The notes under the pieces: model-generated | Seen by the model: only the letters and a program-made list of their open reading frames with translations | Database searches by the model: none | What the model was told of the DNA's origin: nothing | Assembly (NCBI GenBank): GCA_965249725.1 | Contig: CBDFMQ010000002.1 | Location: forward strand, 2,400,001-2,464,000 | DNA: 64,000 nucleotides | Direction of reading: 5' to 3' | Source of the DNA: Longimicrobiales bacterium | GTDB taxonomy: Bacteria > Gemmatimonadota > Gemmatimonadetes > Longimicrobiales > Gaopeijiaceae | Program-made: the position numbers and the translations under genes | Shown: one piece after another, positions 58,506 to 64,000 of the stretch | Numbering within the stretch: the first letter of the stretch is position 1 | Layout of the letters: each line of letters starts with the position of its first letter

Positions 58506-61190
58506 ATGAGCACAATCCCCATCGAACGCCTCAACTCCGCCCTCGAAGGCCGCTACACCGTCGAGCGTGAGATCGGCGAGGGCGGCATGGCAACGGTCTT
58601 CTTGGCCGACGACCTGAAGCACGAGCGGAAGGTCGCCCTCAAGGTCCTGAAGCCCGAGCTGGCCGCAGTCGTGGGCGCCGAGCGCTTCCTCTCCGAGATC
58701 AAAGTCACCGCGAATCTGCAGCACCCGAACATTCTGCCGCTCTTCGATTCGGGCGAAGCCGACAGTTTCCTTTTCTATGTGATGCCCTACGTGGAGGGCG
58801 AGACCCTAGGCGACCGTCTGGGACGGGAGCAGCAGCTCCACGTGGACGAGGCCGTGAAGATCGCCACGGATCTCGCCGAGGCCCTTGACCATGCCCACCG
58901 CCAGAAAGTGGTGCACCGAGACATCAAGCCGGCGAACGTGCTGCTTCGGGACGGCCGACCGCTCATCGCGGACTTCGGGATCGCGTTAGCGGTCGGAGCC
59001 GCAGGCGGGACTCGCCTCACCGAGACCGTCCTGAGCGTCGGAACCCCGTACTACATGAGCCCCGAGCAGGCGACCGGCGACCAGTTCGTCGGCCCGGCGA
59101 GCGATATCTACGCGCTGGCGTGTGTGCTCTACGAGATGCTCGTGGGCGAGCCGCCCTTCCCGGGTGCGACCGCGCAGGCCGTGTTGGGCAAGATCATCGC
59201 CGGAGACCTGGTCTCCGCCACCAAGCAGCGCCCTTCGATTCCGGCCAACATCGACGCGGCCCTCCGGTGCGCGCTCGAGAAGCTGCCTGCGGACCGGTTC
59301 ACATCAGCGCAGAACTTCGCCCGTGCGCTGGGGGATCCGCACTTCCGGCATGGCGGTGCGTTGGCTGGCGCTGCTGGAGTGGGCGGAAGCCCCTGGAACC
59401 GCCTCACCCTTGCCTTGGCGGGTCTCGCGGCGTTGTTCGCAGCGGGCTTCGGGTGGGCGCTGACACGCTCCGATCCTTCTTCGCCTGTCTCCCGGTTCTC
59501 AGTCTCGATCCCAGAGGATCAAGCGTTCCGTGCCGGCGTGGAGACCTTCGACCTGTCTCGGGACGGATCGTTCATGGTCTATCGGGGAAATGCCGACACC
59601 GGATTGCCTCAGCTGTGGCTGAGGCGATGGGACGCGCTGGACGCCGCCCCGATCCCGGATGCGAGCCCGGCGACTGACCCCGCGATCTCCCCGGACGGTC
59701 GAGAGGTGGCGTTCCGTGTCGGGGGAGCACTTAGAGTGGTTCCGCTCGAGGGCGGTGTATCCCGTACGCTCACGGACGATGCCTTTTGTTGCTTACGATG
59801 GAGTCCTGAAGGGGCATGGGTCTACTACGCGAACGGCGAGGGATTGAGTCGCGTACCCGCAGGCGGCGGTCAGGCTGAAGTGCTCACGCAGCCCGCCGGG
59901 GGGTTGCACTTCATGCCCGACCCCTTGCCGGGTGGGCGGTTCGCCCTCTACACGGCCACTACAGAGGAGGGGGCCGAGGCCGACAGAATCGAGGCGGTGG
60001 ACCTCGAGTCCGGCGAAGTCAAAGTGCTCACGCGCGGTACCTATCCGCGCTACAGCTCCACTGGCCACCTACTCTTCGTAGAAGCCGGAGGGAGCACTTT
60101 GTTGGCTGCCCCCTTCGACGCAGACGAAGTGGAGCTCACGGGCCCCGCGGTCCCCGTGGTCGAAGGGCTGCTTCAGCACCCGCAGGGATATCAGTTCGTC
60201 GCTCTTTCGGAGACAGGCAGGCTGGCATACAGAACCGGCACCACCACCGCTGGGGGTGTCACTCCAGTGTGGGCAGACCGTAGCGGGGCCTCACGGCCGA
60301 TCGATCCTGAATGGAGAATACCGTTCGGGACCAACAGCAGCAGCCTCGCGCTCTCCCCCGACGGCACCCGGCTCGTCGTCTCGGCGCGGGGTCAGGAGGG
60401 CACTGTGGACCTGTACGTGAAGGAGTTGGAAGACGGTCCACTGACCCGGCTTACCTTCGAGGGCACGGTCAATCGGTGGCCAACCTGGTCACCGGACGGT
60501 CAGTCCTTGACGTTCGTGTCCAATCGATCCGGTCAGGACGATCTCTGGAGGCGACGGGCCGACGGTAGTGGCCGGGCAGAGCTGGTGCTGGACTTGGACA
60601 ACCCCATCAAGGAGGCTCTGTACTCACCTGACGGCGAGTGGCTGCTCTTCGTCTTGGGAGAGGGAAATTTCGGCGGCGGCATCTACGGGATTCGTCTTGG
60701 GACGGACAGCGTGCCGACCCAACTGATCGCTTCGGAGGACTGGGGCGCGCTCGAGATGTCGCTTTCTCCCGACGGTCGCTGGCTGGCGTATGCCTCGAAC
60801 CGGCTGGGCGACTCGCCTATCGACCCAGATTCCTGGCAGGTCTGGGTGCAGCCGTTCCCAGACGTGGATGCCGGCCTGTGGCAGGTATCCACGACCCGTG
60901 GCGACGAGCCCATTTGGGCCCACAGCGGTCGCGAGTTGTTCTACAATGCCGGCCCCATCGGCAACCAGGATCTCACGTCCGCGCAGATCAGTCTGGAGCC
61001 CACTTTCGCGGTTGGGCAGAGAACGATTCTCTTCGCCGTGCAGCCCGCGTATGCGACCCCGAACGGTCACGAGCAGAAGGTGAGCCTCGACGACCAACGA
61101 TTCATCATGCTTCAGAACCAGATCTCGGCGGGCAACCAACTGATCGTGGTCGACAATTTCTTCGAAGAGCTGAAGCGGGTGGGGAACTAG
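58506..61190 (+). CDS. Ser/Thr protein kinase with TM helix and TolB-like (PD40) beta-propeller, tandem paralogue
   Basis: Same architecture; kinase domain closely similar to the upstream gene. Confidence 0.93.
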   Translation: MSTIPIERLNSALEGRYTVEREIGEGGMATVFLADDLKHERKVALKVLKPELAAVVGAERFLSEIKVTANLQHPNILPLFDSGEADSFLFYVMPYVEGETLGDRLGREQQLHVDEAVKIATDLAEALDHAHRQKVVHRDIKPANVLLRDGRPLIADFGIALAVGAAGGTRLTETVLSVGTPYYMSPEQATGDQFVGPASDIYALACVLYEMLVGEPPFPGATAQAVLGKIIAGDLVSATKQRPSIPANIDAALRCALEKLPADRFTSAQNFARALGDPHFRHGGALAGAAGVGGSPWNRLTLALAGLAALFAAGFGWALTRSDPSSPVSRFSVSIPEDQAFRAGVETFDLSRDGSFMVYRGNADTGLPQLWLRRWDALDAAPIPDASPATDPAISPDGREVAFRVGGALRVVPLEGGVSRTLTDDAFCCLRWSPEGAWVYYANGEGLSRVPAGGGQAEVLTQPAGGLHFMPDPLPGGRFALYTATTEEGAEADRIEAVDLESGEVKVLTRGTYPRYSSTGHLLFVEAGGSTLLAAPFDADEVELTGPAVPVVEGLLQHPQGYQFVALSETGRLAYRTGTTTAGGVTPVWADRSGASRPIDPEWRIPFGTNSSSLALSPDGTRLVVSARGQEGTVDLYVKELEDGPLTRLTFEGTVNRWPTWSPDGQSLTFVSNRSGQDDLWRRRADGSGRAELVLDLDNPIKEALYSPDGEWLLFVLGEGNFGGGIYGIRLGTDSVPTQLIASEDWGALEMSLSPDGRWLAYASNRLGDSPIDPDSWQVWVQPFPDVDAGLWQVSTTRGDEPIWAHSGRELFYNAGPIGNQDLTSAQISLEPTFAVGQRTILFAVQPAYATPNGHEQKVSLDDQRFIMLQNQISAGNQLIVVDNFFEELKRVGN

Positions 61191-61213
61191 GCGGGTGGAG
61201 ATCTAGGCGGACG

Positions 61214-62029
61214 ATGGGCTACCGAAAGTGCCGCACGTGGCGTTGCAGCTTCAATATCGCGGCGGACAAGAAACACTGCCCCGGCTGCGGGTTCCCGACC
61301 GGCCTGGCCGGTCGCCTGTTCGTGCACCTCAGGCTCGCTCGAAAAGGCCCATCCCTCAGCCCCTTGGAGGCCGACCTCTGGAAGGTCATCGACAAGGCGA
61401 AGGACGAATGGCAGAAGCTCGCCACCCTGGAGGGTGATCTGACCGGCTACCACAAGCCGAAGATGCCGCCAGAGCAGAAGGCCGCGATCGCCAAGGGTAA
61501 GGCGCAGATCACGCGAAAGGTCCAGCCCGCGCTCCAACAGCTCAAGGAGATCGAAGTCGCGCGCTGGCAAAACGGGTGGACCCCGGTCGCCCTTAGACTA
61601 GCCTCCGGCGACCACAGTGACGCCGAGTTGGCCAAGATCGACCAGGAACTCTACGTGCACACCAGGGCCGGCTCGGCGCTGAACAAGCGCTGGAAGAACG
61701 GCATTCCGGAGTACGAAGGGCTCTTCACCTCGAAGACCAAGTCGATGGAGCCGTCGGTATTCCGCCTGGCCGTGACGATCATCCGGATCCGCGAGTGGAT
61801 CAGCGCGAGGCGGACCGTGCTGGCCCTCGGTGACATCTCCGCGTTCGCGGATGACAGCGGGCACCCTCAGGAACTCCCGACCGACGATGTCTCCGAGTGG
61901 CTGGGGATGATCTACGATCGCGAGGAGCAGCTCCAGCAGCTCACGAACGAGGCACTACGTCTGGACGTGGAGGAGGACGTGGACCGGTTGCTGGAGTCGG
62001 GGTCGCACGAGCGGCCGGAGACCCCATAG
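61214..62029 (+). CDS. Hypothetical protein with N-terminal Cys-rich (zinc-ribbon-like) motif
   Basis: MGYRKCRTWRC...CPGCG, then a helical region; GC3-rich codon usage. Confidence 0.65.
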   Translation: MGYRKCRTWRCSFNIAADKKHCPGCGFPTGLAGRLFVHLRLARKGPSLSPLEADLWKVIDKAKDEWQKLATLEGDLTGYHKPKMPPEQKAAIAKGKAQITRKVQPALQQLKEIEVARWQNGWTPVALRLASGDHSDAELAKIDQELYVHTRAGSALNKRWKNGIPEYEGLFTSKTKSMEPSVFRLAVTIIRIREWISARRTVLALGDISAFADDSGHPQELPTDDVSEWLGMIYDREEQLQQLTNEALRLDVEEDVDRLLESGSHERPETP

Positions 62030-62149
62030 CGGCTACCCTTCACTCCGGTTCGGCACTACTGTTGCCGCCTCACGACCCATACCCAGACCCCAAGGCCCTC
62101 GTCGATGACGTGTGACGCTCGCTCCTCCAACCCGCCCACTCACTAGCCC

Positions 62150-64000
62150 GTGCGGCCCATTCAACGAACGAAATCCGGCAGCCGGGTGGTGGCTTAGTAT
62201 CCCTGACCCTCCTCGCCCTCCTCACCGTCTCCGACAATGCCACCGCACAAGAAGGCGCAGGAGTCAGCCAGGACGCGAGGCCATCGGTATCGGCCGGAGC
62301 ATTGGATAGCGAGCTGAGCATCGACGGAGTCCTCGCCGAGTCCGTCTGGCGTGGGGCCCCCGCCATCGAGGCCCTCACCATGATCGCGCCGGTGGAGGGC
62401 GGAGATCTCGTCGGCCTCACGCGGGTCCAGATCCTGGCCAATGCCGAGTACCTGGTCGTCGGCATCGAGGCCCGCGATCCGGACCCGTCGGGCATTGTCA
62501 GCACGTCGAAGGCTCGAGACCCCCACCTCAGATCAGAGGACTACATCAAGATCGTGCTCGATCCGTTCCTCGATGGCCGGACGGGATACATCTTCGCCCT
62601 CAACCCGGGTGGCGCTCGCTATGACGCTTTGGTCGCCCGCCGTGGTGAAGGAGAGGACTCGGAGTGGGACGCCGTGTGGGAAGCGGCAACCTCGAGAGAC
62701 TCCCAGGGATGGTCGGCGGAGATCCGCATCCCCCTCCAGAGCTTGACCTTCGATGGTTCGCTCGATCGATGGGGCTTCAACGTGGAGCGGAGAATCGAAC
62801 GGCTTCAGGAAGTAAGCCGTTGGGCCAGTCCCTTCCGTGACGCCAAGATCGCCCAGACCGTGCGGGCGGGATACGTGACCGGCCTTCCTACCTTCGACAC
62901 CGGCTTGGGCCTCACCGTTCGCCCCGCCCTGGTCGTCGGAACCGACAAGTCCGGAGAGAACGAGCCTTGGAACGAGACCTTCGAACCCAGCCTGGACGTG
63001 TTCAAGCGGCTCGGCAACAACACGACGGCGATGGTCACTGCCAACACCGATTTCGCTGAGACCGAAGTCGATACTCGCCGCACGAACCTCACCCGATTCC
63101 CCCTCTTCTTCCCAGAGAAAAGAACGTTCTTCCTGGAGGGCTCCGACGTCTTCGACTTCGGCGTGGGGCTCTCGAACTTCCGTAGTTCAGACATCGTGCC
63201 TTTCTTCTCGCGGCGCATCGGCTTGTACGAGGGAGAGGCCGTGCCGCTCGACGTGGGGACCAAGATCAGCGGCAAGGCCGGCAACACGAACTTCGGGGGA
63301 CTGGTCACCCGGACCGGTGATGTGCGCGGTCTGGTTCCTGCCACGACAATGGGGGCGTTCAGGGTCAGGCAGAACGTCTTGGACGAGTCCAACGTCGGCG
63401 TCCTGGCCACGTTCGGCGATCCGTCCGGGGCCGATCGGAGCTACCTGGTGGGAGCCGATGCCACCTACCAGACCTCTCGGTTCCGGGGCAGTAAGAACTT
63501 CATCACCGGAGCCTGGGCGATGGTGACCGATCGGGAGGGTCTGTCTGGAAACCAGACGGCTTTCGGTGCCAAGATCGACTACCCGAACGACGACTGGGAC
63601 GTCGCGCTCACCTATCTCCGGATCGGATCAGGCTTCGATCCGGCCATGGGCTTCGTCCCGCGGGCAGGCATCCACAAGCTGAGCGGCGGCATGAACTACC
63701 GCCGCTACCCCGAGTCCCTGTCGTGGATGCGGACGATGTTCTACGAGTTCAGGCCCACGCTGTTCTGGAACCTGGCCGGGGAGTGGGAGAGCTATCGGTT
63801 CTTCACGGCTCCCATCAACTGGCGCCTCGAGAGCGGTGACCGCATCGAGATCAACGTGAACCCGGAGGGCGAGCAGTTACTGGAGCCGTTCGAAATCTCG
63901 GACGGAGTCGTCATCGACCCGGGATCCTACCACCACATCCGGTACCGCATCGAATGGGCCATGGCGACCAAGCGCCTCGTCAGCGGGCAGTTGACCTGGT
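62150..64000 (+). CDS. Secreted CBM9-like/DUF5916 domain protein (3' truncated; apparent frameshift in the signal peptide)
   Basis: Long open frame: IDGVLAESVW, FALNPGG, WSAEIRIP, NTDFAETEVD and FPLFFPEKRTFFLEG. The likely GTG start at 62150 is out of frame with it. Confidence 0.8.

Overview
High-GC bacterial chromosomal window. The gene repertoire (kinase-TolB/PD40 fusions, PadR plus duplicated orphan permease, SusC/SusD, stand-alone plug lipoprotein, EF-G paralogue) suggests Gemmatimonadota; that placement is inference. A housekeeping block (rhomboid, EF-G-like, yebC, ruvCAB, queA) sits among secreted hydrolases, three toxin-antitoxin-type loci and a two-component pair. The most striking region is 36.6-55.6 kb. 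There a SusC/SusD/outer-membrane beta-barrel locus runs into four tandem, secreted, His-rich LVIVD-type beta-propeller paralogues. These have mosaic DNA relationships and variable loops next to invariant histidines, and no recognisable glycoside hydrolase is present. Divergent from this locus is a TAXI-TRAP, FAD oxidoreductase and DapA-like operon, with a convergent enolase-superfamily gene. Other points are an orphan higA preceded by two operators and a 'VDYH*' scar of a deleted higB, several operator palindromes, a ~140-nt inverted-repeat element and three apparent single-base frameshifts. No tRNA, rRNA, CRISPR array, transposase or integrase was recognised. All family calls come from motif recognition, not database searches.
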